Assembly (NCBI GenBank): GCA_964187785.1
Contig: OZ076413.1
Location: 25,420,001-25,484,000 of the forward strand
Direction of reading: 5' to 3'
DNA length: 64,000 nucleotides
DNA from: Amphiscolops sp. MND2022
Taxonomy: Eukaryota
Positions 62,953-64,000 of this stretch are shown piece by piece. The position numbers and the translations under genes are program-made. How positions within the stretch are numbered: position 1 is the first letter of the stretch; every line of letters starts with the position of its first letter. Below the pieces are notes generated by a model. That model was not told the origin of the DNA and did no database searches. It was given only the letters and a program-made list of their open reading frames with translations.

Positions 62953-63789
62953 CATTAGAATGCATATGGAAGCTTAATTTGCTCAAAGCACATTTCTGTC
63001 CTATTAATACCTCGGATTCCAGGACCTTACCTTTAACCGTGGAAAATTGGAAAGTTACGTCATAAGTCACGGATTCCACGGATTTTGTCGTGGATTCCGG
63101 TAACAAATGCTTAGTTGTACGACTGTCGGCATGCCACTTTGTCCACAAAAATGTCCGGATGTCCACTTTGTCCGGATTCCACAAAATGTAAGTTTTGCAA
63201 AACACATCAGTCAGATTGCAGAAATCATAAATTTCCTGGATTCCACGAATTTATGCTTGACGCGATACGCGGCATCTCTTCTTGAACTAATTTCAAGTGG
63301 TGGAAGACTGAACAAACATTTTATTATGAACTACTTTTCGTATAGTAACTCAAAAAAATTCAGAGTAACAAACCAATAATAACACAAATCTTCGTATTTT
63401 GCAGTTTAGTACCAGTTTTGAACAAACGGCCAGATCATCAGCCATTTTTTGATGAGATGCTGCAATTTTGGTACCAGTCATGAGTATCTCTATTCGTACT
63501 TTGGGCTTTTTCGTGTCAATCAAAACAATTTCCTTTATATAAAATTGACTTCCTTCAAGTTGTTCTGTCTTTCCAATAATGATCTCTCAGCGGACCAATC
63601 AGAGAGCAGCAGCAAAAGCTTCATTATAGCAGCAGTATTGGCGTGGAATCCAGGACAAGCACTGTCGTGGAATCCAAGACACACTTAACTTCAAAGGGAA
63701 ATTTTGTCCTGGATTCCACGACTTTTCTCAATTTTCATGTCCCGAATTCCCCAACAAGAAGCAATATAGCTTGCCTATGCTCTCTAATG
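62953..63789. mobile_element. 837-bp TIR element, longer relative of the 27416 MITE, inserted in the retroelement leader
   Basis: TIRs CATTAGAATGCATATGGAAGCT / AGCTTGCCTATGCTCTCTAATG with many GGATTCCAC/GTGGAATCC motifs. It interrupts sequence that is continuous in the left copy (~4710-4730). No clean TSD. Confidence 0.75.
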
Positions 63790-64000
63790 CCCGCTTTTTA
63801 CAATGCCTAACGAATATCAGGCACCAGTGGTCTTACAATTTTGGATTTTTTTGACATTCTTTGCTTCTCTAATGTCGAAACGTCAGAGAGCTTTTCTAGG
63901 ATCTGGTGAACGTTACGCCTATCAATTTTTTGACACTAGTGTTTATACCAGTGGTGATTACGAAAACGCGCTCAATTTTTAGCCAGGGCTTGGTAATCAG

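Larger units (their letters stand above)
4510..64000. repeat. Large inverted segmental duplication: arms <=4510-29262 and 38828->=64000, spacer ~29263-38627
   Basis: Same order of leader, ORF2, LTR, flank, hAT and Polinton-like element on opposite strands. Insertion sites and TSDs are shared. Confidence 0.85.
52065..64000 (-). mobile_element. Ty3/gypsy retrotransposon, right copy (RT, partial RNase H/IN, pol extension and ORF2; gag and protease deleted); runs off the window
   Basis: Domain order RT-RH-IN. 62898-62952 and 63790-64000 match the left-copy leader (~4510-4770), joined at ~62898 to the post-protease linker. Confidence 0.9.

Overview
AT-rich, repeat-dominated eukaryotic DNA, probably invertebrate (organism not determinable from sequence alone), with one 200-N scaffold gap at 38628-38827. 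Most of the window is an old inverted duplication with arms of about 25 kb (<=4510-29262 and 38828->=64000). Each arm carries the same three insertions. (1) A very large Ty3/gypsy LTR retrotransposon (>=17.5 kb when reconstructed from both copies). Its pol has a long extension after the integrase that carries TARG1/Poa1p-like macrodomain(s), and a ~1,600-codon extra ORF sits in the env position and contains an SGNH/GDSL-esterase-like fold. (2) A defective hAT transposon with CAGGGGT TIRs and an 8-bp TSD. (3) A ~10.9-kb element with Polinton/Maverick-type ends (AGTAGT...ACTACT, 6-bp TSD AATCGG), exceptionally long ~3.8-4.2-kb inverted repeats around a ~3-kb core, and no recognisable Polinton genes. 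The two retroelement copies carry complementary deletions: the left keeps gag and protease, the right keeps RT, part of RNase H and part of integrase. Also present are a solo LTR, MITEs, degenerate satellites and, at the left edge, a candidate multi-exon host gene or pseudogene for a Cys-rich single-pass membrane protein with 44-nt introns. All TE ORFs are broken. Domain calls come from reading motifs by eye and need HMM or structure confirmation.
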